From the IMG/VR virus record IMGVR_UViG_3300025610_003176, positions 1 through 41,578 of that record: a stretch of DNA of 41,578 bases; one strand, given 5' to 3'. The notes beneath the pieces are model-generated. The model ran no database searches, had not been told where the DNA came from, and was given only the letters and a program-made list of their open reading frames with translations. This document shows positions 1-7,877 of this stretch, in pieces; positions within the stretch are counted from its first letter, which is position 1, and each line of letters opens with the position of its first letter. The position numbers and the translations under genes were made by a program. This stretch comes from a virus (taxonomy: Duplodnaviria > Caudoviricetes).

Positions 1-2
1 AC

Positions 3-422
3 AACTTCCGAGTTATAGAAATTAATCGTGTTGTCGATGGTGATACTATTGACGTTACTATTGATCTCGGGTTTGATCTATACAAGAAAGAAAGAGTTAG
101 AGTTGCAGGAGTTGATACGCCTGAGAAGAGAACAAGAGATGATGAAGAAAAAGCATTAGGTTATGATGCAACAAATTGGTTAAAGGAAAAATTAGAAGGA
201 GCAATTAGTGGTGATGATGACCTTATTATTCGTACTGAGCTTGTCGGCGGCATGGGCAAGTATGGTCGCTTACTTGGGTGGTTGTACATTGGTGACGCAG
301 AACTCTCCCTCAACGAACAAATGATTACCGAGGGATATGCCTGGGCATACGATGGTGGTACTAAGCAGAAGAATTTTGAAGAACTTCGTGAGATTCGTCG
401 TGCTCATGGGACACTAGTATGA
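3..422 (+). CDS. Thermonuclease (SNase-like) endonuclease, 5' truncated by the window
   Basis: Frame 3 reads NFRVIEINRVVDGDTIDV...RVRVAGVDTPE...GKYGRLLG...LNEQMITEGYA, matching the SNase motifs DGDT, GVDTPE and YGR. Stop TGA 420-422. Not in the ORF track. Confidence 0.85.
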   Translation, partial: NFRVIEINRVVDGDTIDVTIDLGFDLYKKERVRVAGVDTPEKRTRDDEEKALGYDATNWLKEKLEGAISGDDDLIIRTELVGGMGKYGRLLGWLYIGDAELSLNEQMITEGYAWAYDGGTKQKNFEELREIRRAHGTLV

Positions 423-517
423 TTTCTGGTATTTTTATTTTTGGATTTATATTTCTATTGCCATTTACTCTAGATAGAACTTGGCCAGTAAGATATCGAA
501 GTGGTAACATAAATTAG
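419..517 (+). CDS. Small hydrophobic protein (32 aa)
   Basis: MISGIFIFGFIFLLPFTLDRTWPVRYRSGNIN; ATGA overlap with the upstream stop. Confidence 0.45.
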   Translation: MISGIFIFGFIFLLPFTLDRTWPVRYRSGNIN

Positions 518-564
518 TTAAAATTTGCTGAGAAATGTTAAATAATTAAAGTTATTGTAACACT

Positions 565-678
565 ATGGCACAATCAACATATAAGAAAAATCAAAAGAAA
601 GAAGCAACAGAAACTTTCTTTCTATATGTGTTCTTTCATTCTATTTGGACTGGTATTTTTAAATTTTTTGAGGACTGA
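565..678 (+). CDS. Small hypothetical protein (37 aa)
   Basis: MAQSTYKKNQKKEATETFFLYVFFHSIWTGIFKFFED; TGATG coupling to the next gene. Confidence 0.5.
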   Translation: MAQSTYKKNQKKEATETFFLYVFFHSIWTGIFKFFED

Positions 679-1487
679 TGGAAATTAAAATTGACGGGAT
701 TAACATTAGTGGACTTGAAATCCCTGAGGTGACAGTTTTTGATGCGAGTAACTATTCTTCACCTCCTATACCTGTTGCACCACCTGTGACGGTAAATATT
801 GGTGTTCCTATCGTAGACATCCCTGGATGTGTAGAGGCACATGAAACGAACAACGCAAAAAACAACCAAGTCAAGTCTGATGACCAAAGAGGACTGGTTA
901 CGTATTGTGATTCTGGCGTCCCTAGTTTTAATCCTATTCAGTTTGAACCTGAACAGATGATTCTTACGGAGCCTGCTCCTGTTCCAAAAACTGATATATC
1001 AGATAAACCATTATCACCAGAGTTACCTAGAGCACCAGAAGTATCTCCTCCAGTCAATACAGCAAAGGTAGATTGTCCTACACCAGCACAGCAGGCAAAA
1101 GAACCTGTCGGAACATTCGTAGAAGGTTTCCGAAAGAAGGTTGTTGCCTATGAATTGAAAGGTAATGAATGTGTCCAGATAACAGAAAAAGTCCCGCTAC
1201 CTCAACAGATAGTAGCAGGACTTCCTAGTGGTGGTCAGGTTGTGCAGGTAGGTGGTATTGCTGTTATTGCGACAAGTTCTGCGTTGCTCGCAAAACCTCT
1301 TGCTGATCTTTTGTTAAAAGCGGTGAAACCTGCTGTGAAGAAAGTGATGAAGAAGATTGCTGCCTTGCGGGGTAAGAAGATCCCAGTTTTGTCTGTAGGG
1401 GAGCGCCAAGCAGAGCAGCGTCAGATGAACCATGCTGTGAAGGAACTTCGCTCTGTGTTCCCAAGGAAGAAGAAACGGAAGGGATAG
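678..1487 (+). CDS. Pro-rich cyanophage hypothetical protein with a C-terminal hydrophobic helix and basic tail
   Basis: 269-aa ORF with Cys pairs, segment VVQVGGIAVIATSSALLAKPLA and a Lys/Arg-rich C-terminus. Confidence 0.8.
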   Translation: MEIKIDGINISGLEIPEVTVFDASNYSSPPIPVAPPVTVNIGVPIVDIPGCVEAHETNNAKNNQVKSDDQRGLVTYCDSGVPSFNPIQFEPEQMILTEPAPVPKTDISDKPLSPELPRAPEVSPPVNTAKVDCPTPAQQAKEPVGTFVEGFRKKVVAYELKGNECVQITEKVPLPQQIVAGLPSGGQVVQVGGIAVIATSSALLAKPLADLLLKAVKPAVKKVMKKIAALRGKKIPVLSVGERQAEQRQMNHAVKELRSVFPRKKKRKG

Positions 1488-2304
1488 CATGGACATGTGG
1501 ATGCTTATGTCCTGGTGGATTGTTTACCACCACATCAGCACACACTTTATAGTAAGGACTCTTGGGATGGAATTGAATTCCACGCAACATTAAATCACCA
1601 CAATTCTTAAGACGAGCAATCTCAAAATCCAATCTCTTGTTAGCAACTAACTGAGTGTTTAATTCAATTTGAGTTTGTGCTGCTTTCTTACAGAGATCTT
1701 GCAACTTTTTATCGGTAGGTGTGCTCCATGTCATAGAGAAACCTACACCTAAACTATAGTTATCTTTTTGTCCAGTGCGTACTTTCTTACGGAAGAGAAT
1801 GTCTCCTGGATTATCAATAATTCCATCACCAATATCATTTCCATCATCATCGAAGGCGCCATAATTATCACTCACATCATATACGGGATCCATATAATAT
1901 GGTTCATATGGTTTTGATGCTGATGCAGTTCCTGTTACATAGGGAGTGAAATTTCTTGTAGGTCCTTGACACTGGATTCCACCACCATAAGTGTTGGTAA
2001 TATATGGACCTTGTAAAACCTGGATTGCCTGGTTTGTCACCGAGCCTGAACTATTCGCTACAGGAGCAGCCGTCGCACTTACACCTCCTACATTTGCATT
2101 CGCAGGTAGGGCATTCGCAATACTTGTTAGACATAGGATTACTGGGAGAAAATACTTGTTGTGTCGGTTACGCTTGTAACCTCTGTGGTTCTTTGAATAA
2201 TTGTTTGATTGCTTAACCCAGGACCCATGTACGTTTCTGTGAACTGAAATGCTGCCCCTGGATTCGTCTGTGTGAATGTTGGTTTTGTTGTAATGCCTGT
2301 CCAT
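1264..2304 (-). CDS. Putative exported protein, start uncertain
   Basis: 346-aa ORF. A signal-peptide-like stretch KYFLPVILCLTSIANALPANA begins about 50 codons after the only upstream ATG. Four Cys in the mature region. Confidence 0.7.
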   Translation of the reverse strand: MDRHYNKTNIHTDESRGSISVHRNVHGSWVKQSNNYSKNHRGYKRNRHNKYFLPVILCLTSIANALPANANVGGVSATAAPVANSSGSVTNQAIQVLQGPYITNTYGGGIQCQGPTRNFTPYVTGTASASKPYEPYYMDPVYDVSDNYGAFDDDGNDIGDGIIDNPGDILFRKKVRTGQKDNYSLGVGFSMTWSTPTDKKLQDLCKKAAQTQIELNTQLVANKRLDFEIARLKNCGDLMLRGIQFHPKSPYYKVCADVVVNNPPGHKHPHVHAIPSVSSSLGTQSEVPSQHGSSDAALLGAPLQTKLGSSYPARQQSSSSLSSQQVSPLLTKDQQEVLRATQNLSQ

Positions 2305-2576
2305 GTTGAAGTCACGCCGTCTATAGTTACATTGTTTGGTCCAGTACCAGGAGATAAGTTACCTGATGCTGAAATTCCACTGCCAGTCGCAGAGTATTGA
2401 TATCCTGTGTTGTAATCCATCGAGTTGATGGTTTCGGTTATTGTTTGTGAAGTTTCTGTGTGGCTTGACATAGATCCCTGGGTAAAATTTGGGACTACTG
2501 GAACTGCACTTGCGACAGTTCCATGTAAAGCACCAAGAATCAACCCAAGACCGATTGCTTCTTGTAATCTAGACAT
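2139..2576 (-). CDS. Putative exported Thr/Ser/Gly-rich beta protein
   Basis: Hydrophobic N-terminus ending in ASA; the mature part is Thr/Ser/Gly-rich. Confidence 0.8.
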   Translation of the reverse strand: MSRLQEAIGLGLILGALHGTVASAVPVVPNFTQGSMSSHTETSQTITETINSMDYNTGYQYSATGSGISASGNLSPGTGPNNVTIDGVTSTWTGITTKPTFTQTNPGAAFQFTETYMGPGLSNQTIIQRTTEVTSVTDTTSIFSQ

Positions 2577-2584
2577 ATTTATTA

Positions 2585-3109
2585 TCAGTCAAGAGCAGTA
2601 ATTTCTGTAATGAATTGTCCTGTAGCAGTAGATCCAGATCCACCAGCAGTCAGACTCATAGTATGAGAACTATCAATTGTGCCTGCCAGAGAACCTGCAT
2701 AACCACCTGCTTGAGTGGTTGAATTTCCGTAAAGATTTGGAGTATCAAATCTTCCAGCATTACTAAGTTGAGTTTGTGAAGTCACCAAAGCATCACCTTG
2801 TGTATAGGAAGCACTGAATGAGAATGCTTCACCTGCTGTTGCTTGTGTTGCTGTAATTGTTGAGGAAGCAGCAGTAAAACCATCACTGGACATACCAATA
2901 GCATTACCTACAATACCTGAAGTGGTGCCGTCAGTAGTATTTACATTGTTTCCTGAAATGGACATGGAATGTCCAATTCTGGTGCTCTGCACGGCAGGTC
3001 CTTCAACAGTCAGTTGGACTGAAGAAGCATGTTTAGTAACAAGTCCGCCTGCATTTGCTGCACTTGCGGTCATCAATAACATTCCAAAAGCAATTAATGC
3101 TTTTTTCAT
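2585..3109 (-). CDS. Putative exported Ser/Thr/Gly/Ala-rich beta protein
   Basis: Classical Sec signal MKKALIAFGMLLMTASAANA. Confidence 0.85.
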   Translation of the reverse strand: MKKALIAFGMLLMTASAANAGGLVTKHASSVQLTVEGPAVQSTRIGHSMSISGNNVNTTDGTTSGIVGNAIGMSSDGFTAASSTITATQATAGEAFSFSASYTQGDALVTSQTQLSNAGRFDTPNLYGNSTTQAGGYAGSLAGTIDSSHTMSLTAGGSGSTATGQFITEITALD

Positions 3110-3155
3110 AGAAAATTTATACTTAAAGCTATGGATTATTTATCTGCTATTCATT

Positions 3156-3163
3156 TATAAATA
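3156..3163 (+). promoter_or_regulatory. T4-type late promoter TATAAATA
   Basis: Exact consensus about 30 nt upstream of ATG 3196. A divergent GATAAATA variant lies on the minus strand at 3137-3144. Confidence 0.6.
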
Positions 3164-3195
3164 ATTTCGAAAATTAATAAATCTTGAAATTAGTA

Positions 3196-3414
3196 ATGAC
3201 TGAACAACAACAACATTTAACCAATCTTATAGAGCAAAGAGAAACTCTTAAAAAAACTCTTGAAGAATTACAAAATACAAGTAATGCAAGAAGAGAATTA
3301 TATTGGAAAGTTCAAGGAGCAATTGAATATTTGTCCGGAACAGGAGTAGTTCTTCCGGAATCGGAATCTGCAGAAGAAATTGAATCAGCAGAAGCACCGG
3401 CAGAAGAGGGTTGA
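3196..3414 (+). CDS. Small coiled-coil acidic protein
   Basis: MTEQQQHLTNLIEQRE...; the ATG at 3196 is preferred to the TTG at 3184. Confidence 0.75.
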   Translation: MTEQQQHLTNLIEQRETLKKTLEELQNTSNARRELYWKVQGAIEYLSGTGVVLPESESAEEIESAEAPAEEG

Positions 3415-3439
3415 CGATCTGAGTAAGAGGGTCTATAAT
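3411..3439 (+). promoter_or_regulatory. Sigma70-type promoter
   Basis: TTGACG-N17-TATAAT upstream of the tRNA cluster. Confidence 0.8.
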
Positions 3440-3503
3440 ATCTGAGTTGAGAGGCAAAACCGTAAGAGGGAACGACAAACTGCTCTCCGCCTCTCTCCGT
3501 TTA

Positions 3504-3576
3504 GGGCACGTAGCATAATGGATAATGCCCCCGCCTTCTAAGCGGTAGATTGCTGGTTCGACCCCAGCCGTGCCTG
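3504..3576 (+). tRNA. tRNA-Arg(TCT)
   Basis: Acceptor GGGCACG/CGTGCCT, anticodon loop CT-TCT-AA, T-loop TTCGACC; no encoded CCA. Confidence 0.92.
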
Positions 3577-3590
3577 TTGTCTTTTTTGTT

Positions 3591-3755
3591 ATGAAACCAG
3601 TAGACATCTTACTTCTGTTATCCGAATTAGAAGGGTGCTATACTCACACTAAGAAACTTGGTTTCGAGGAAGACAATAAAATCTTCGATCAATTGAGAAA
3701 GAAGTATTACAAACTATACTTCAAACTCAAGAGAGAAGAAAACAATCCTCAGTAG
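3591..3755 (+). CDS. Small hypothetical protein
   Basis: MKPVDILLLLSELEG...; the stop codon lies within the 5' end of tRNA-Asn. Confidence 0.65.
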   Translation: MKPVDILLLLSELEGCYTHTKKLGFEEDNKIFDQLRKKYYKLYFKLKREENNPQ

Positions 3756-3817
3756 CTCAGCGGCAGAGCCATCGACTGTTAATCGATTGGTCGTAGGTTC
3801 AAATCCTACCTGGGGAG
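3746..3817 (+). tRNA. tRNA-Asn(GTT)
   Basis: Acceptor TCCTCAG/CTGGGGA, anticodon arm ATCGA-CT-GTT-AA-TCGAT, T-loop TTCAAAT. Confidence 0.93.
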
Positions 3818-3839
3818 TTGGAGATTGATCATCTCCATA

Positions 3840-4028
3840 GGGTGTGACAGAATAATCCTATGCGGTCATGCACGGGATAATGTATAATAGGACAGGGGTG
3901 ATGCCCGCCATGTGACTGGGAGACCAGAGACATGAGAATCCAATATCAAGGAGTCCGAGAGTGCTAGAGAACGTTACTATCAGTGCGACCCTCTAGTTGT
4001 GAGTATGATAGAATCTCACCACCCACCA
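3840..4028 (+). ncRNA. About 190-nt structured RNA between tRNAs, possibly the manA RNA motif
   Basis: Terminal helix GGGTG/CACCC followed by ACCA. Internal helices TCCTAT/ATAGGA, CATG/CATG enclosing CTGG-GAGA-CCAG, CTAGAG/CTCTAG and GTGAG/CTCAC. The manA assignment rests on size and tRNA context only. Confidence 0.6.
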
Positions 4029-4077
4029 CACTAAAAACCATGGAGTAATCCTAAATTGCAGGTTGGTTCACCTGTTT

Positions 4078-4149
4078 GCCTTTGTAGCTCAGTGGTAGAG
4101 CAGGGCTTTTGTAAAGCTCAGGTCGCAAGTTCAAATCTTGTCGAAGGCT
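4078..4149 (+). tRNA. tRNA-Thr(TGT)
   Basis: Acceptor GCCTTTG/CGAAGGC, anticodon arm GGGCT-TT-TGT-AA-AGCTC. Confidence 0.93.
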
Positions 4150-4168
4150 TAAATCTTTTTTTTTTACC

Positions 4169-4798
4169 ATGGATTATATTCCTCTTTTTTCCCCAAATAT
4201 TTTTTACACTAAAGTAGAAAATAAAACGGTTTTGAATGAAATTAACAACTTTTCAAAAACTGAAAAGTATCAACAACTTCAAAATGCAGGTGATAGAAAT
4301 CTTTCTGATTCTGGATTGGATATGAGGGTATTGGAAAAAATGCCAAATTCAAAAAGTTATCTCATGAGTATTTGTGATAACGTACTTCAAAATACTTTGA
4401 AGTATCCATGTCAGTTTCAAATAACTACTTCATGGTTTACCAGATCAAAAAAGAATTGTGAATCTGAATTTCACAATCACAGAAATTGTTTTTATAGTGG
4501 TATTTTATATTTTGGAGAATATGATGAAGATACTGTAGGGCAAATTACATTTGTTTCTCCGATGACAAGTTTTTTTAATTATGATATTACTCCGACCGAA
4601 TGGAATATTTTTAATTCTCATAATTGGTCAATTAAACCTCAACATGGTTTAATTCTAATTTTTCCAAGTTTTCTATTTCATAAAATTAAATCTCACGGAT
4701 CTAAAAATATTAGACGTTCTTTAGCATTTAATGTTATTCCTGTTGGTGAATATGGAGAGTATGATTCTGCATATAAGCATGAATGGGTAGAGACTTGA
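4169..4798 (+). CDS. 2OG-Fe(II) oxygenase family protein
   Basis: HNH...SGILY...LILIFPSFLFHKI...RRSLAFN: HxH/D, distal His and RxS. Confidence 0.85.
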   Translation: MDYIPLFSPNIFYTKVENKTVLNEINNFSKTEKYQQLQNAGDRNLSDSGLDMRVLEKMPNSKSYLMSICDNVLQNTLKYPCQFQITTSWFTRSKKNCESEFHNHRNCFYSGILYFGEYDEDTVGQITFVSPMTSFFNYDITPTEWNIFNSHNWSIKPQHGLILIFPSFLFHKIKSHGSKNIRRSLAFNVIPVGEYGEYDSAYKHEWVET

Positions 4799-4823
4799 CA
4801 AGATTCTAACCTTCCTTTATAAT
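4795..4823 (+). promoter_or_regulatory. Sigma70-type promoter
   Basis: Perfect TTGACA-N17-TATAAT. Confidence 0.85.
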
Positions 4824-4872
4824 ATGTTCATCCGTGTGAAGGAAGTGCCGGGAGAGCAATCTCCCACCCTTT

Positions 4873-4943
4873 GCGAAATTGGTGTAGTGGTAACATCCCA
4901 TCCTTCCAAGTTGGTGTCACGGGTTCGAATCCCGTATTTCGCT
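4873..4943 (+). tRNA. tRNA-Gly(TCC)
   Basis: Acceptor GCGAAAT/ATTTCGC, anticodon loop CT-TCC-AA, T-loop TTCGAAT. Confidence 0.92.
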
Positions 4944-4968
4944 TCGGTAAACCCTAAAAAGTTTTCCG

Positions 4969-4976
4969 TATAAATA
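4969..4976 (+). promoter_or_regulatory. T4-type late promoter TATAAATA
   Basis: Exact consensus upstream of the outer-membrane protein gene. Confidence 0.65.
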
Positions 4977-5081
4977 CTTAACCTTTTGTAATATTATTAC
5001 AAAAGGTAACAACGGGGAGATGTCGATTCCCCTTTCATCTGCGGGTAATCATTCCGCAAGTAAAATAAAGAGGTTAAACAA

Positions 5082-5453
5082 ATGATCAAATCTGTATTCG
5101 CAGCAACTGCTGCTCTGTCAATGTCTGCTGGTGCTGCCCTTGCAGGTCCATATGTCAATGTAGAAGCCAATTCTGGTTGGACTGGCTCAAACTACAACGG
5201 CACTGTTACCGACACTCACGTTGGATATGAAGGTACTCTTGGCGAATCTACTTCCTGGTATGTTCAGGGTGGTGCTAGCCTGATCTCCCCTGATGGTGGC
5301 GAGACTGACACTGTTCCTTCTGGTAAGGCAGGTCTTGGCGTTGCTGTAACTGATGCACTGGGTGCTTACGGCGAGGTTTCCTTCCTCGGATCTGGCGATA
5401 GCGACATCGACCGTGGTTACGGTGCTAAGCTGGGTCTGAAGTATTCCTTCTGA
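5082..5453 (+). CDS. Small outer-membrane beta-barrel-like protein
   Basis: Signal peptide ending ALA, alternating beta-strand pattern, C-terminal LGLKYSF ending in Phe; SD AGAGG. Confidence 0.75.
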   Translation: MIKSVFAATAALSMSAGAALAGPYVNVEANSGWTGSNYNGTVTDTHVGYEGTLGESTSWYVQGGASLISPDGGETDTVPSGKAGLGVAVTDALGAYGEVSFLGSGDSDIDRGYGAKLGLKYSF

Positions 5454-5477
5454 TCCACTAAATTTGTGTTATAATAT

Positions 5478-5501
5478 GGGAGACTTCGGTCTCCCTTTTT
5501 T
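5478..5501 (+). terminator. Rho-independent terminator
   Basis: GGGAGAC-TTCG-GTCTCCC followed by T6. Confidence 0.85.
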
Positions 5502-5684
5502 ATGCGTTATTTTTTTCATCCCCTCACTACCATAAACTTAATGATCTGCGGATCTCTTGGGGTGATTGAATTTATTCACACCAAAGCACACCACACCTTA
5601 GAGCAGGATGTACATGGACATGTTCACAGAGCACTACAAAAGAATCCAGAGTTGGCACGTTCTGCTTGTTGGGAGTTGGATTAA
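5502..5684 (+). CDS. Hypothetical His-rich small protein
   Basis: 60-aa ORF; TAATG coupling to the next gene. Confidence 0.6.
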   Translation: MRYFFHPLTTINLMICGSLGVIEFIHTKAHHTLEQDVHGHVHRALQKNPELARSACWELD

Positions 5685-5818
5685 TGAAAAAGAAAATACA
5701 AAAAATGTTAGATCGTTTGGAAGATATGGAAAATGAGCATATGCAATTAACCCGTGAAATTGCCAGATTGCAAGGTAGACTAGATATATTGGAATCTCGA
5801 TTGCCAAATGAAGATTAA
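5684..5818 (+). CDS. Small coiled-coil protein (44 aa)
   Basis: MKKKIQKMLDRLEDMENEHMQLTREIARLQGRLDILESRLPNED. Confidence 0.55.
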   Translation: MKKKIQKMLDRLEDMENEHMQLTREIARLQGRLDILESRLPNED

Positions 5819-5984
5819 TCTTTGGTATTCAAAAAGCATGGAGCAGTGGCGTTGGACACTTATAGAAGAGTGGGAGAACGGTGTCACTAAAACAGAGCAA
5901 CATTCTGGGCAACAACCATTTCTTAGAGATGCTATGAATGATGTTGCTAATACTGTGGAGTATATTTTAAAAAATAATGAATGA
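5808..5984 (+). CDS. Small cyanophage hypothetical protein (58 aa)
   Basis: MKINLWYSKSMEQWRWTL...LRDAMNDVANTVEYIL; overlaps both neighbours. Confidence 0.65.
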   Translation: MKINLWYSKSMEQWRWTLIEEWENGVTKTEQHSGQQPFLRDAMNDVANTVEYILKNNE

Positions 5985-6474
5985 ATTCTTTTTCAAATTT
6001 AGATATGGTATTAAAGTATATAAAAACGTTCTGACAGATTCTGAACGTAAAATGCTTGTAGAGAGTTCTAAAAAATATCTTAAAAAAATATCCCCAGATC
6101 ACCCTGGATTGCAATCTGTAAATTATCTTGATAGATTATTTAAAATCAATCAGGATAAGGATGCATCTTTTTTAATTGATAAAATTATAAAGAAGAGTAA
6201 AATAAATAATCTGAAAATGGAAAATTGTTGGGTCAACTATACTGATTTTAGTCGAAGATATACTTGTTGGCATACACACGGGAATATGAAAAAAAGTTTA
6301 GTTTATTATTTGGACAGTCCTGAAAATTTGGGAACTATATTTAGAGTTGATTGCAAAGAGTGTCAGATTAGTGGAATAGAAAACTCTATGATAGTTTTTG
6401 ACTCCGATATAGAACATACTGTACCATATAATATATCTTTACCAAGACTTTCTATTGCAATAGATTTTGTTTGA
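5977..6474 (+). CDS. 2OG-Fe(II) oxygenase family protein
   Basis: WHTH...SLVYYL...MIVFDSDIEHTV...RLSIA. Confidence 0.75.
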   Translation: MNEFFFKFRYGIKVYKNVLTDSERKMLVESSKKYLKKISPDHPGLQSVNYLDRLFKINQDKDASFLIDKIIKKSKINNLKMENCWVNYTDFSRRYTCWHTHGNMKKSLVYYLDSPENLGTIFRVDCKECQISGIENSMIVFDSDIEHTVPYNISLPRLSIAIDFV

Positions 6475-7048
6475 TATGAAAAATTTTGGAGTAATGGCCA
6501 GATTTAATACTGGTTTGGATACATCAATGATTTCCAACATTAAAAATTATATTGGAGAAAATGGACATCTTTTAGAACCCGCAAGTGTTGGTTTAAATGA
6601 ACATCAAAGAGTTGATAGGTCTGTAAGAAACTGTTCTATTTTTTCTGTAGAAAAACCATATTGGTTGACACAAATATTAAATTCTTATGTACACGAAGTT
6701 AATCAATCCGTTTTTAAATTTGATTTGACCACATGGCATAGTGATTTGCAATACATTTTATATGAAGGAAAAGGTTCTGGATATATGTGGCACTGTGATA
6801 ATGAAGCTGAAGTAAATGAAACGGGTGTTCGCAAATTGAGTTTAGTACTATCTCTTAGCGATCCTAATGAATATGAAGGTGGCGAGTTTCAAATTATGTT
6901 GAATGCAAATCAACGTATGGAAACTTTTAAATTTCAATTAGGCGAGTGTATTATATTTCCATCAACTTCTCTTCATCGGGTAAGACCTTTAAAGAGTGGT
7001 AAAAGATCTGTTATTGTTGGTTGGTATGGTGGTCCAGATTTTAGATAA
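6467..7048 (+). CDS. 2OG-Fe(II) oxygenase, prolyl-4-hydroxylase/PKHD-like
   Basis: WHCD...RKLS...YEGGEF...FPSTSLHRVRP...RSVIVGW. Confidence 0.88.
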   Translation: MFDMKNFGVMARFNTGLDTSMISNIKNYIGENGHLLEPASVGLNEHQRVDRSVRNCSIFSVEKPYWLTQILNSYVHEVNQSVFKFDLTTWHSDLQYILYEGKGSGYMWHCDNEAEVNETGVRKLSLVLSLSDPNEYEGGEFQIMLNANQRMETFKFQLGECIIFPSTSLHRVRPLKSGKRSVIVGWYGGPDFR

Positions 7049-7082
7049 ATAACTAAAAACTGACGAAGTATAGAACATTAAA

Positions 7083-7340
7083 ATGGATAACATAAAGATT
7101 AGATGCCGCTCCTGTAGTAGGGAGTTGGAGGGGCATCCAAGCAAAACAATTTCTTGTGGTTGTTCTAATATGGCAACTATTCGTGGTGACAAAGTCTCAG
7201 CTGTTGACTTATCGCAGATTGTTATGTTAAATTTTGCTTATTCTAAAGAAAATGGAAGAGTTTTGACTCAACAAGATATTGAGTGGCAAGAACAAAGACG
7301 GCAAAGAAAAGTTCGCAAATTGGACTTTGAAGTTCGATAA
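7083..7340 (+). CDS. Cyanophage hypothetical protein, Cys-rich and possibly Zn-binding
   Basis: CRSC...CGC motifs. Confidence 0.75.
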   Translation: MDNIKIRCRSCSRELEGHPSKTISCGCSNMATIRGDKVSAVDLSQIVMLNFAYSKENGRVLTQQDIEWQEQRRQRKVRKLDFEVR

Positions 7341-7345
7341 AATTT

Positions 7346-7428
7346 GGAGAGAGTCCGGTTGGTCGAGGACACCGCCTTGAAAGCGGCTGAGGGTAACACC
7401 TTCGCAGGTTCGATTCCTGTTCTCTCCG
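7346..7428 (+). tRNA. tRNA-Ser(TGA)
   Basis: Acceptor GGAGAGA/TCTCTCC, anticodon loop CT-TGA-AA, long variable arm, T-loop TTCGATT. Confidence 0.9.
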
Positions 7429-7504
7429 TGTTAGGAAATGAACACAAAGTTGATATTTTTAAACCAGTGTCTAATATAGCTAGTGTGTAGTTTGGGACGT
7501 ATTC

Positions 7505-7669
7505 ATGGACGAAAACACCTATAATAATTGGGTGAAGATTAAGGAAACCTTTGAAGCATCTGGTAATACTGACAACTTCTTTTATAAAAGAGCTTGTGCT
7601 ATAGTTATTGGCAAACCAGATCCTCTTGATAATATGATGAATAATAAAGATGACGCACAGAATGGATGA
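7505..7669 (+). CDS. Small hypothetical protein (54 aa)
   Basis: MDENTYNNWVKIKETFEASGNTDNFFYKRACAIVIGKPDPL... Confidence 0.65.
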   Translation: MDENTYNNWVKIKETFEASGNTDNFFYKRACAIVIGKPDPLDNMMNNKDDAQNG

Positions 7670-7865
7670 AATTAAACCTGGACATTATGCGACAAAAGAA
7701 GAAGTTCAGGAGATGATTGATGCTGCCATACGAAAGCATAATCGTAATGCTTCAATTATCTCTATGTGTGTTGGGTGGGTTGTTCTTGCACTTTTTGCTG
7801 AGGGTCTTCTTCGACTTATTGGAATAGTTCCCCCGTTATTGCCATGGTTAAAAATAACACTTTAA
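7650..7865 (+). CDS. Small membrane protein
   Basis: C-terminal hydrophobic helix. Confidence 0.7.
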   Translation: MTHRMDEIKPGHYATKEEVQEMIDAAIRKHNRNASIISMCVGWVVLALFAEGLLRLIGIVPPLLPWLKITL

Positions 7866-7877
7866 ATAGGAGAAACA

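Noticed and set aside
3840-4028. Canonical tmRNA
   Set aside because: Too short, lacks a TTCGA T-loop and has no evident tag reading frame.
4988-5000. Possible NtcA box GTA...TAC
   Set aside because: The spacer is 7 nt rather than 8 and is part of a hairpin.
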